Source: an uncultured Bifidobacterium sp.
GTDB taxonomy: Bacteria > Actinomycetota > Actinomycetes > Actinomycetales > Bifidobacteriaceae
Reading direction: 5' to 3'
NCBI GenBank assembly: GCA_959028125.1
Contig: CAUFQQ010000002.1
Span: forward strand, 99,697 to 163,696
DNA: 64,000 nucleotides
Positions 50,033 to 59,761 of the stretch are shown here, piece by piece. The stretch's first letter is position 1, and every line of letters starts with the position of its first letter. A program made the translations under genes and the position numbers. The notes under the pieces are model-generated. The model was not told the origin of the DNA, did no database searches, and saw only the letters and a list, made by a program, of their open reading frames with translations.

Positions 50033-50962
50033 ATGACACGCAAAACAACCACCACAGCAAAAAACAACCGCAAACCCAAGAAAAACAAGCAGCCAAGCCT
50101 CACCAAACTCCGTAACGCCTGGAAAAAAGCAAACACCCCAAAACGCATCCTCATAGTCGGCAAAACACTGATAGCCAGTATCGTCGCACTCGCGTTGATC
50201 GTTGGATTGGTGCGATTCGTCGGTTGGCGTGTGCAAGTGGATGAAGCGGTCGCATCGCAGGAACAATTGCAGACGCAATACGATTTCAATCCGGGCAACA
50301 TCATTTCAGATGGTCTGTTCTTCAACGGGAACGCGTTGAGCGAGCAGCAGGTGAACGCCATCATCGAAAAACAGGGTGCCGCATGCAGCGGCGAGAAATG
50401 CTTGAAATCCATGACGTTTAGCACCGAATCGCAACCCGCCAACGAATACTGCGAAGCATATGAGGGAGAGCCGAACGAAAGCGCCGCGGCGATCATCTAC
50501 AAGTCGGGAAAGGCGTGCGACATCAGTCAAAAAGTGCTGCTCACCGTGCTGCAAAAGGAGCAGCATCTGCTTACCGCCACCGATCCAAGCGACTTCCAAT
50601 TCAAGTCGGCCATGGGATTGAGCTGCCCGGACGACGCGAACTGTGACCCGGAATATGCAGGTTTTTTCAAACAGGTGTATGGCGCGGCGAAACGCTACCA
50701 GTATTACGTGCAACATGAGGATCGCTATGGATACCATGCGGGCACGCTCAACTATATTCAATACAATCCGGACGCCAGCTGCGGTGGCAGCAACGTGTAC
50801 ATCGAAAACAAGGCGACCGCACTGCTGTACATTTACACGCCTTATCAGCCGAATGCAGCCGCATTGGATGCGGGAGTCGGCGAAGGCGACGCCTGTTCGA
50901 CCTACGGCAATCGCAACTTCGCGATCATCTACAATTCGATGTTCGGCTCTCCTCGAGGCTGA
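50033..50962 (+). CDS. Membrane-anchored Cys-rich surface protein (actinobacterial 'hemagglutinin'-annotated family)
   Basis: Lys-rich N-terminus, TM, FNPGNIISD, LQKEQ, ATALLYIYTPYQPN, YGNRNF; 8 Cys. Confidence 0.7.
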   Translation: MTRKTTTTAKNNRKPKKNKQPSLTKLRNAWKKANTPKRILIVGKTLIASIVALALIVGLVRFVGWRVQVDEAVASQEQLQTQYDFNPGNIISDGLFFNGNALSEQQVNAIIEKQGAACSGEKCLKSMTFSTESQPANEYCEAYEGEPNESAAAIIYKSGKACDISQKVLLTVLQKEQHLLTATDPSDFQFKSAMGLSCPDDANCDPEYAGFFKQVYGAAKRYQYYVQHEDRYGYHAGTLNYIQYNPDASCGGSNVYIENKATALLYIYTPYQPNAAALDAGVGEGDACSTYGNRNFAIIYNSMFGSPRG

Positions 50963-51011
50963 TTTTTCGATACAATTGCTCATGGAAGGGACTGACCAGA
51001 AGGAGCCTTTC

Positions 51012-52483
51012 ATGGGCCTACTCAACAACAACGACTATATCGACCCATTCAAGGGTTCCGATTACATCGATCCCAGCAGCAACGCCGAACGCCTGTCTAA
51101 TCAGGTGAACCGTGACCATGCGCGGCGTGAATCCTATGTCCAGCGGCGATATGTGAAACCCGCGCAGAGCGATCAGGCATCGCGCGACAGGCAGGCCCCA
51201 CAAAACACCCGATCCAAGCAAGACGGTAGATCTCAACAGGCGCAAGGCGATCAGTCCACACGAGGAGACACGCTCCAAACCATGTTGAACGACTGGTCCA
51301 CGCAAACCATGCGGTATGCCCAGTCCATGCAGCAAAGCTTGCAACAGGCGTTGCGGCAAAATCAGCAAAACCCGCAGAACCCGCAAGGACGCCCATCGCA
51401 GCCCTATAATCCTCCGCGCATACAAACGGAACGAGCCACACGCGAGTTCCAATCCACTTCCGACAAGAAGCAACGCCGCCATAAAAACGGCTTCGTCACC
51501 GTTTTGGAGATCGTTATCATCATCGCTGTAATAGCGTCGATTGACGGAATGCTTTCTGACAGCATGTCAAACATCATCTCCGATTTCGATGGATCCACAA
51601 GCCAGTTCGAGGAGCTGTCCACACAGGAAACCGTCAGCGAAGACGTTGGAAAGCTCTACTCCACCGGAGGAAAAGCATTGGAAGTGAACATCGAAGGCGT
51701 GCAGACAGGTCCGGAGGATTTGAACGGCGACGCCACGCTCACGGTTTTGCTCACCTGCACGAACATCGGCAAGAAAACGATGTATCCTCATGCCGTCGCA
51801 GATCTGATGGTCATGCAAAACGGCATCGAGCTTGCCCCTGCATTCACTTCCAACGAGGATTCCGACCGCACGGAGTTCTCCGGCGCCGAAATGAAACCGA
51901 AGAAAAGCTCGCAGACCACCAGCAGTTTCGTTCTTACGGACACCAATTCACCAGTTGTGGTTCAGCTGATGAATTATTCGCAGCATAATGTTGTTCGCGC
52001 CGCGTTTTCCTTTGACGAAGTCGACATAGAAGGATCCTTGAAACATATTGATTATGCGGCCGTCCCTCAGCCCGAGCAAGTGGACGCTTCGAATTTCGAC
52101 GAAGACGGATCCGTAACCGATTATGACGAAAGCACCCTGCATTTCCGCGTAGACTCCATTGAGAAGACAAGCCCCTCATATGCCGATCATGACATAGCGT
52201 TCGCACGCATATCCTGGTATGTCGAAAATGGAAGCAAATACCGGGCTTTCCTGAACTATATGGATGTTTCCGCGACCCAAGACGGCACTGAGTTGCATAG
52301 CACGTATCTTGACGTGATAGCTATTCCACAACACGCAAGGTCACTCCCGGCGTGAAAATGACGACGACAGTCGCTTTTGAAACGCAAAGCAACTCGCCTG
52401 TGACATTCATATTTTCTGACTATGGTGATGAGATTCTTCGCAAAACCGTTAATTTACGGTCAATTGAGTCATTGGAACTTTAA
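51012..52483 (+). pseudogene. Frameshifted membrane protein with Gln-rich N-terminus and two DUF5067-like domains
   Basis: RBS AGGAG and ATG at 51012. The annotated frame stops at 52355, but the domain continues in another frame from 52316 (DSYSTTRKVTPGVKMTTTVAFETQSNSPVTF...) to TAA at 52483. Confidence 0.65.
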
Positions 52484-52536
52484 TCCGATACTTGCAGAAA
52501 CATCAAAAGAAGATTCAAATAATCATTCGGAAAGCA

Positions 52537-52585
52537 AAAGACCGTTGTTGCAATCAGTTTTCTCATGATTGCAACAACGGTCTTT
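52537..52585. terminator. 20-bp hairpin downstream of glnA
   Basis: AAAGACCGTTGTTGCAATCA / TGATTGCAACAACGGTCTTT. Confidence 0.78.
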
Positions 52586-52606
52586 GATGAAACGATTGCG
52601 GTTCGC

Positions 52607-53944
52607 TTACAGCTTCGGCAGGTACTTCTTCAGTTCGAAAGGAGTGACCTGCTTGCGGTATTCCTCCCATTCCTGACGCTTGTTGCGCAGGAAGTATTCG
52701 AAGGCATGCTCGCCGAGCACTCCGGCCACGAAGTCGGACTTCTCCATAACCTTCAACGCCTCGTCAAGAGACTCCGGCAATGGCTGGATGCCCATGGCCT
52801 GACGTTCCGCATCGGTAAGCTCCCACACGTCGTCGCTGGTCGGCTCGCCCAACTGCATCTGCTTGTCGATGCCGTCAAGGCCTGCTGCCAAGAGCACCGA
52901 ATATGCGAGGTATGGGTTGGCGACCGGGTCGAGCGCACGGAATTCCATGCGGGCGGAATTGCCCTTGCCTGGCTTGTACTGCGGAATGCGCAGCAGCGCG
53001 GAACGGTTGTTGTGGCCCCAGCAGATGTAGCTCGGAGCCTCGTTGCCGCCCCACAGGCGCTTGTAGGAGTTGACGTACTGGTCAGTGACCGCGCAGATTT
53101 CAGCCGCATGGTACAGAATGCCGGCCGCGAACTGGCGTGCGGTGACGGACATGTTGAATTCCTGGCCCGCCTCGTAGAACGCGTTGGCGTCGCCTTCGAA
53201 CAGGCTCAAGTGGGTATGCATGCCGGAACCTGGAGCGTCGGAAAGCGGCTTCGGCATGAAGCTGGCGTGAATGCCGCGCTCCAGCGAAATCTCTTTGACG
53301 ACGGTACGGAAGGTCATGATGTTGTCGGCCGTGGTGAGCGCGTCCGCATAACGCAGATCGATCTCGTTCTGGCCTGGACCCGCCTCATGATGCGAGTATT
53401 CCACCGAAATGCCCATCTGTTCGAGCATGTTGACGGTGGCGCGGCGGAAGTCCATGCCTGGGCTGCGCGGCACATGGTCGAAATAGCCGCCCTCATCGAT
53501 TGGGGTTGGCGTCTGGGACCAATCATCCTGTCTTTCGAACAGATAGAATTCGATTTCCGGATGCACGTAGAAGGTGAAGCCTTTTTCCTTGGCTTTCGAC
53601 AGAGCCTGCTTCAGCACATGACGCGGATCGCCCAACGACGGCTCGCCATCAGGGGTAAGCACGTCGCAGAACATGCGCGCGGTGCCTTGCGGGCCTCCAC
53701 GCCACGGCAGAATCTGGAATGTCGACGGGTCGGGCTTGACGATCATATCGTCTTCGGACACACGGGTGAGGCCTTCCACCGCGGAACCGTCGAATCCGAG
53801 CCCTTCCTCGAACGCAGCTTCCAATTCAGCCGGTGCGATAGCCACGGACTTCAGCGTTCCCAACACATCCGTGAACCACAAACGAATGAAGCGCACGTCG
53901 CGTTCTTCGACTGTGCGCAAAGCAAACTCTTGCTGTTTATCCAT
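52607..53944 (-). CDS. glnA: Type I glutamine synthetase (GlnA2-type)
   Basis: RLWFTDVLG, FDGSAVEG, HHEAGPGQNEI, FMPKP, GSGMH, NRSALLR, ANPYL. Confidence 0.92.
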   Translation of the reverse strand: MDKQQEFALRTVEERDVRFIRLWFTDVLGTLKSVAIAPAELEAAFEEGLGFDGSAVEGLTRVSEDDMIVKPDPSTFQILPWRGGPQGTARMFCDVLTPDGEPSLGDPRHVLKQALSKAKEKGFTFYVHPEIEFYLFERQDDWSQTPTPIDEGGYFDHVPRSPGMDFRRATVNMLEQMGISVEYSHHEAGPGQNEIDLRYADALTTADNIMTFRTVVKEISLERGIHASFMPKPLSDAPGSGMHTHLSLFEGDANAFYEAGQEFNMSVTARQFAAGILYHAAEICAVTDQYVNSYKRLWGGNEAPSYICWGHNNRSALLRIPQYKPGKGNSARMEFRALDPVANPYLAYSVLLAAGLDGIDKQMQLGEPTSDDVWELTDAERQAMGIQPLPESLDEALKVMEKSDFVAGVLGEHAFEYFLRNKRQEWEEYRKQVTPFELKKYLPKL

Positions 53945-54054
53945 AGTGCCCCATCGTTCCATGCGCATGTTACGAAAGTCGTTAACACGCGCCGAATATG
54001 ACGAGACCGTCCACGTTGTGGACGGCCGTATCGTCATGGGTTTGCGAACAATGC

Positions 54055-54780
54055 TCAACGTGCGACTTCAAGCGCCTCTTCCAAAGTGAAGGCGCGCGCA
54101 TACAGCGATTTGCCGAGAATCGCGGAATCCACACCCAGATCGGCAAGTTCCTTGATGGCGCGCAGGTCATCGAGCTTGGAAATGCCACCGGACGCGGTGA
54201 CCTTCGCATCAGTGCGTTCCGCAACCTCACGCAGCAGATCGATGTTCGGACCGCTCATCATGCCGTCGCGAGCCACGTCGGTGACCACGTAACGAGAGCA
54301 GCCAACGGAATCCAGGAACGCCATGGTTTCGAACAGATCACCGCCTTCCTTCACCCATCCGCGGGCTGCGAGGGTGTGGCCGCGCACGTCAAGGCCAACG
54401 GCCACGCGATCGCCGTACTTCTTGATGACGGAAGCGGTCCAATCCGGATTCTCAAGCGCTGCCGTGCCAATGTTCACACGGGCGGCGCCTGCTTCCAAAG
54501 CTGCGTCGAGGGATGCGTCGTCGCGCACGCCACCGGACATTTCGATATTGACCTTGTCGCCAAGCTCCTTGACGATGGCGCGCAGCTGGTCACGGTTGTT
54601 GCCCGTGCCGAATGCCGCGTCAAGGTCGACCAGATGAATCCATTCCGCACCGGACTCGACCCACGTGCGGGCAGCCTCCAGCGGCGAACCGTAATCGATT
54701 TCCGAACCGGATTCGCCCTGGCGCAAGCGAACGGCCTTGCCATCACGAACATCGACTGCGGGAAGCAATGTCAAAGACAT
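54055..54780 (-). CDS. priA: Phosphoribosyl isomerase PriA/HisA
   Basis: [30 protein letters not shown]. Confidence 0.9.
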   Translation of the reverse strand: MSLTLLPAVDVRDGKAVRLRQGESGSEIDYGSPLEAARTWVESGAEWIHLVDLDAAFGTGNNRDQLRAIVKELGDKVNIEMSGGVRDDASLDAALEAGAARVNIGTAALENPDWTASVIKKYGDRVAVGLDVRGHTLAARGWVKEGGDLFETMAFLDSVGCSRYVVTDVARDGMMSGPNIDLLREVAERTDAKVTASGGISKLDDLRAIKELADLGVDSAILGKSLYARAFTLEEALEVAR

Positions 54781-54906
54781 GTCTGTACCTCTCTGTGATC
54801 AACCGACCGCCACTAAACGGCAATCGCAAATAAATGTACCAAGTGGTCGTTTTAAAAGCGTATATGTCAAAGCATCGTCGAAACAATCATCGGCGATCTC
54901 GCACCA

Positions 54907-55554
54907 TCAGAACGTCGCAATCCAATTGCGCAGCAGCTGCGAGCCCGCTTCGGCGGATTTTTCAGGGTGGAACTGCGTGGCGAACAGCGGACCACGCTCG
55001 TAGGCCGCCACGAAACGGCTACGTCCGTACGTGCACCAGGTCACGCGCTCCTCGGCGTCACCGAAATCAAGCTGGTCGCCGGACGTGTCGGCGGGAGCGG
55101 CACTCATCGCGGCGAAGGAATGTACGAAATAGAAACGTTCACCTTCCACACCCTTCATGAGCACGGAACCTTCCGGCGCCTCGACGGTGTCCCATCCCAT
55201 GTGAGGCACCACATCGGCGTCAAGCAGTTCCACGTCGCCCTTGATCAGGCCAAGGCCCGGAGTGCCGGTGCCGTGTTCCATACCGCGTTCGAACATGATC
55301 TGCTCGCCCACGCACACGCCGAGCACCGGTCGCCCGGCACGCAGACGATCCTTGATCACGGTGTCTCCGCCCACCGACTTGAGTCCTTCCATGCATGCGC
55401 CGAAAGCGCCCACGCCGGGCACTACCAGACCGTTGGCTTCCAAGGCCTGCCGATGGTCGGAAGTGAGGGTCACGTCAAGGTCGAGATCAGCCAGTGCACG
55501 AACCATGGAACGCACGTTGCCGAAACCATAATCGAAAACCACCACGGAAGTCAT
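54907..55554 (-). CDS. hisH: Imidazole glycerol phosphate synthase, glutaminase subunit
   Basis: DYGFGN, PGVGAF, GVCVG, PHMGW, YFVHS, QFHPEKS. Confidence 0.95.
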   Translation of the reverse strand: MTSVVVFDYGFGNVRSMVRALADLDLDVTLTSDHRQALEANGLVVPGVGAFGACMEGLKSVGGDTVIKDRLRAGRPVLGVCVGEQIMFERGMEHGTGTPGLGLIKGDVELLDADVVPHMGWDTVEAPEGSVLMKGVEGERFYFVHSFAAMSAAPADTSGDQLDFGDAEERVTWCTYGRSRFVAAYERGPLFATQFHPEKSAEAGSQLLRNWIATF

Positions 55555-55650
55555 GGGCGTTCTCCTTCTTGTGTCATTCGTTGTTCTGTGACGCGAGTCG
55601 TCTTGTGTCGCATAACGCATGTTCGGCAGGATGACTCGCGTTTACCGTCG

Positions 55651-56424
55651 TTAACTGATGCTTGATGTGCCGCGTCCGAACCGCGTATGCTCGGCGATAA
55701 TGCTCATCGCCGCATCCCGATCAAGGTCAGCGGAATCGAAAATGGTCATATCCGCCTGTTCCAGCGCGTTCATATCGGTGATGCCCAGCATGAGATCCTC
55801 AACGAACGGCGCGGTGGAGGTGAATAGCACCGGCGGAGCGAAGGTTTTGCCCGCTCTGCCTTCCACGTACATCGTCGCTTCGAGCTTGTCCGCACGGTTG
55901 ACGGCAAGAATCGCGGGCATGCCGGCAACGACGATCGTCATGTCTTTGACCGCCGCTTCCGGACCGTCTCCGTCGAGATTGCGCAGCACCGCGACAGCAC
56001 CTTGCGCCGATCCGATGCATTGCGCGGAAATGTCGGACAATTCACAGAATGCCGACAGCAATCGTGGCGAGGTCAGTCTGGTGATGATCACCGCCACTTT
56101 CGCGCGATTGCCAAGCAGTCCCTGCAGCTCGTCTTCGAATTTCAACGAATCCTCAGCCGCGTTGAGCATGTCGTCGACTTCCGAGGATTCGGAGGATTCC
56201 GCGTTATCGGAAGCTTCGGAGGAATCGAAAGCTTCAGATGGCGGATTGTCCGCCCGCTCATGCTTGGACGCTTCGGCATCCTTGAATTCCTGCTCGAAGC
56301 CGGCCATGGCCGCTTCCAGTTCCTCTTCGCTGAAATGCATGCCATCGGCGTTGAGGTCACCGAAATCGTTTGATCCATCGAATCCTTGGAAATCGTCGAA
56401 ATCGTTATTTCGATCGTCGCTCAT
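55651..56424 (-). CDS. Hypothetical protein with acidic N-terminus, inside the his operon
   Basis: ORF abuts/overlaps the hisB stop; Asp/Glu-rich first ~100 aa, globular-looking C-terminus. Confidence 0.7.
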   Translation of the reverse strand: MSDDRNNDFDDFQGFDGSNDFGDLNADGMHFSEEELEAAMAGFEQEFKDAEASKHERADNPPSEAFDSSEASDNAESSESSEVDDMLNAAEDSLKFEDELQGLLGNRAKVAVIITRLTSPRLLSAFCELSDISAQCIGSAQGAVAVLRNLDGDGPEAAVKDMTIVVAGMPAILAVNRADKLEATMYVEGRAGKTFAPPVLFTSTAPFVEDLMLGITDMNALEQADMTIFDSADLDRDAAMSIIAEHTRFGRGTSSIS

Positions 56425-57023
56425 CACAGAGCGCCCTTCGTGCTCGGAATACCGTCGACACGCGGATCCGACTCGATGGCGAAACGAAGCGCACGTGCCA
56501 AGGCCTTGAACTCGGCTTCGGCGATGTGGTGCGGATCACGGCCGGAGATCACCTGCAGATGCAGGCAGATTCCGGCATGCATGGCGATGGATTCCATAAC
56601 GTGACGCACGAGGGAGCCGGTGAAATGGCCGCCGATCATGCAGTATTCGAAGCCTTCCGGCTCGCCGGTGCACACGCAGTACGGACGCCCGGAAATATCG
56701 ACCACGGCCTTGGCAAGCGCCTCGTCCAACGGCACGGTCGCATCAGCGAAGCGACGGATGCCGCGCTTGTTCCCCAGCGCCTGCTTCAACGCCTCACCGA
56801 ACACGATGGCGATGTCTTCGACGGTATGGTGCGCGTCGATGTCGGTGTCACCCGTGGCCTTGATGGTCAGGTCAATCAGCGAATGCTTGCCGAGCGCCGT
56901 CATCATATGGTTGTAGAACGGCACCGACGTGTCGATGTCAGTTTTGCCGGTGCCGTCGAGATTCAGGCTCAGTTCGACCTTGGATTCGCTGGTTTCACGA
57001 ACGATGGTTGCGGTACGCGCCAT
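56424..57023 (-). CDS. hisB: Imidazoleglycerol-phosphate dehydratase
   Basis: [33 protein letters not shown]. Confidence 0.96.
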   Translation of the reverse strand: MARTATIVRETSESKVELSLNLDGTGKTDIDTSVPFYNHMMTALGKHSLIDLTIKATGDTDIDAHHTVEDIAIVFGEALKQALGNKRGIRRFADATVPLDEALAKAVVDISGRPYCVCTGEPEGFEYCMIGGHFTGSLVRHVMESIAMHAGICLHLQVISGRDPHHIAEAEFKALARALRFAIESDPRVDGIPSTKGAL

Positions 57024-57082
57024 GTTGCGACTCCTTTTGGAAAATGTTCGGTCCTGTTGTGTTGGTTCAGTCCCGTATGTGC

Positions 57083-58258
57083 TCAGTCTTGTTCCACAAT
57101 ACGCAACACTTCGACCAAGGCTTCACGGAAACGCGCCATTTCCTCGTCGGTGCCCATGCATACGCGCATCCAGCCGTCAGGGCCGACGGTGCGGATGAGC
57201 ACACCACGCTTGAGCAGTTCGTCGAAGATGCGGTCGCGATCGTCGAAATGACCGCCGAACAGAATGAAGTTGGACTGCGTCTCGGCCACTTCGAGCGGCT
57301 GGCCCTTGTAGGTTTGTTCCTTGAGCCATGCCGCGGTCTGATTGCGGGTGTCACGCAGATGCGCCACACGGCTGAGCTGTTCGTCGGTATGTTCGAACGC
57401 GGCAAGCGCGGCTGCCTGGGTGACGGCCGACAGGTGGTACGGCATACGCACGATGCGCACACAGTCGATAATGCCCTTGTTGGCGGCCAGATAGCCGACT
57501 CGCGCGCCTGCGAAGGCGAACGCCTTGCTCATGGTTCGGCTCACGGCGAGATTCTCATACTCGCCGATGAGTTCGAGCGCGGTGGGCGTGCCCGGATCAC
57601 GGAATTCGATGTAGGCTTCGTCCACCACGACCACCGGATGCACGCCTTCGGCGGCACCGGCCACTTCAGCGGTTTCGGCGGCGCCGAGCACGCGCTTGAG
57701 ATCATCCATCTTCAGCGGTGTGCCGGTCGGATTGTTCGGGCTGGTGAGCACGATCATGGCCGGCTTGACGTCTTCGATGGCCTTGATGGTGGCGTCGACG
57801 TTCAGCGAGAAATCCTCGTTGCGGTGCGCAAGCTTCCATGTGGTGAACGTGTCGCGGGCGTATTCCGGATACATCGAATACGTCGGATCGCAGCCGAGCG
57901 CAATGCGTCCTGGACCGCCGAAAGCTTGGAACAGCTGCAGCATGATCTCGTTGGATCCGTTGGCACCCCACAACTGGTCGACTTCCAGCTTGACGCCGGA
58001 CTCGCGTTCGAGATAGTCGCAGAATGCCTGACGCAACGCGATATGCTCACGATCCGGGTAACGGTTGAGCGTCAGAGCGATTTCCTTGACTCGCTGCGCG
58101 ATGGTTTCGACCACTGCCGGTTCCGGCGCATACGGATTCTCGTTGACGTTGAGGCATACCGGCACGTCCAATTGCGGCGCACCGTACGGCTCCTCACCGA
58201 TCAGATCGTTGCGCAGCGGAAGATATGCCGGAATGGCGTTGCTGGAAGTCTCACTCAT
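57083..58258 (-). CDS. hisC: Histidinol-phosphate aminotransferase
   Basis: [37 protein letters not shown]. Confidence 0.95.
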   Translation of the reverse strand: MSETSSNAIPAYLPLRNDLIGEEPYGAPQLDVPVCLNVNENPYAPEPAVVETIAQRVKEIALTLNRYPDREHIALRQAFCDYLERESGVKLEVDQLWGANGSNEIMLQLFQAFGGPGRIALGCDPTYSMYPEYARDTFTTWKLAHRNEDFSLNVDATIKAIEDVKPAMIVLTSPNNPTGTPLKMDDLKRVLGAAETAEVAGAAEGVHPVVVVDEAYIEFRDPGTPTALELIGEYENLAVSRTMSKAFAFAGARVGYLAANKGIIDCVRIVRMPYHLSAVTQAAALAAFEHTDEQLSRVAHLRDTRNQTAAWLKEQTYKGQPLEVAETQSNFILFGGHFDDRDRIFDELLKRGVLIRTVGPDGWMRVCMGTDEEMARFREALVEVLRIVEQD

Positions 58259-59655
58259 CGAAGGCCTGCCTGCTCTTCCTGTTCCTTGATGGTTTCCTTG
58301 TTGTACGGATCGTCGATGAAACGGCTCAGCACGCTTTCACCGTGTGCCGGCAGATCTTCGGAAACGGCGAAGGCGTTCACACGAGCAGCGAGGGTCTTCA
58401 ATCCCTGCTCGTCGTATTCGATGACTTCGACCGGCTTCATGAAGGTGTGCACGCCCAGACCGGAGGCGAAGCGTGCAGTGCCGGAAGTCGGCAGCACGTG
58501 GTTGGAGCCGGACATGTAGTCGCCCAGCGGCACCGGAGAGTACGGGCCACGGAAGATGGCACCGGCGTTGCGAATCTTGGCGATCACGGCATCCGGGTCG
58601 GCGGTCTGGACCTCAAGGTGTTCGGCGGCATACGCATTGGCCGCGTCAATGGACTGCTCGATGCCATCGGTGAGGATGATGCCGGACTGGCGTCCGCGTA
58701 GCGACGTGTTCACACGCTCGGAGTGCTCGGTGCGCGGCACACGGTACTTGAGGTTCTCCTGCACCTGTTCGGCAATCTCTTCGCTGTCGGTGATGAGCAC
58801 GGAACCGGCGAGTTCGTCATGCTCGGCCTGACCGATCAGATCGGCGGCCAGCCAGCTCGGGTTGGCACCCTTGTCTGCGATGATGGCGATTTCGGTCGGT
58901 CCTGCCACGGCGTCGATGCCGACGATGCCGGACACCATGCGCTTGGCGGTAGCGACGAAGATGTTACCCGGACCGGTGATCTTGTCGACCGGATCGCACA
59001 GGATTTCGCCGTCCTGCGGTTCGGAACCCTTGGCGCCGTAAGCGAACATGGCCACGGCCTGAGCGCCGCCGACCGCATACACTTCGTCAACGCCGAGAAT
59101 GGCGCAGGTGGCGAGAATGGTCTTGTCAGGCAGACCGTCGGCATTGTTACGGCTCGGCGGGGTTGCGATGGCGAGGGATTCCACGCCGGCGGCCTGTGCC
59201 GGGACCACGTTCATGATGACGGAGCTCGGGTAGACGGCCTTGCCACCCGGCACATACAGGCCGACACGCTGCACCGGAATCCAACGCTCGGAAACGCGCG
59301 CGCCTTCAGCCAGATCGGTGTGGAACGGCGCCGGCACCTGGGAAGCGGACACGGCGCGGGAGCGGCGCACGGATTCTTCGATGGCGGCACGCACTTCCGG
59401 ATCCAACTCGTCGACGGCGGCCTTCATGGCTTCCACCGGCACGCGCAGGTTCTCCGGACGAATATGGTCGAATTTCTCCGCGAAGTCACGCAGGGCCGCA
59501 GCACCGCGGGCCTTCACATCGTCAAGGATGGGCTGCACGAGATCGGTGGCCTCGTTGGTGCCCATCTCGGCGCGAGGCATAGCCTCCAGCATTTCAGCTC
59601 GGGTCAGCTTCTTGCCACGCAGGTCAATGATTCGCATATAGTTTTCTTCGCTCAT
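58255..59655 (-). CDS. hisD: Histidinol dehydrogenase
   Basis: YVPGG, GPGN, AGPTE, QAEH, EHL, GDY..GSNHVLPT. Confidence 0.96.
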   Translation of the reverse strand: MSEENYMRIIDLRGKKLTRAEMLEAMPRAEMGTNEATDLVQPILDDVKARGAAALRDFAEKFDHIRPENLRVPVEAMKAAVDELDPEVRAAIEESVRRSRAVSASQVPAPFHTDLAEGARVSERWIPVQRVGLYVPGGKAVYPSSVIMNVVPAQAAGVESLAIATPPSRNNADGLPDKTILATCAILGVDEVYAVGGAQAVAMFAYGAKGSEPQDGEILCDPVDKITGPGNIFVATAKRMVSGIVGIDAVAGPTEIAIIADKGANPSWLAADLIGQAEHDELAGSVLITDSEEIAEQVQENLKYRVPRTEHSERVNTSLRGRQSGIILTDGIEQSIDAANAYAAEHLEVQTADPDAVIAKIRNAGAIFRGPYSPVPLGDYMSGSNHVLPTSGTARFASGLGVHTFMKPVEVIEYDEQGLKTLAARVNAFAVSEDLPAHGESVLSRFIDDPYNKETIKEQEEQAGLR

Positions 59656-59761
59656 AACGCCCCATGGTAACAACGTGATGTCACGAGAACGCCCGCGCGT
59701 CTCAAGTTCAGCCGCATAGTGAGATATTCGGCTGAACTTTCGGCATCATCCCCACGACCGG

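Noticed and set aside
50643..51011. 5' extension of the 570-aa ORF
   Set aside because: It overlaps the upstream gene in another frame; a good RBS and ATG lie at 51012.
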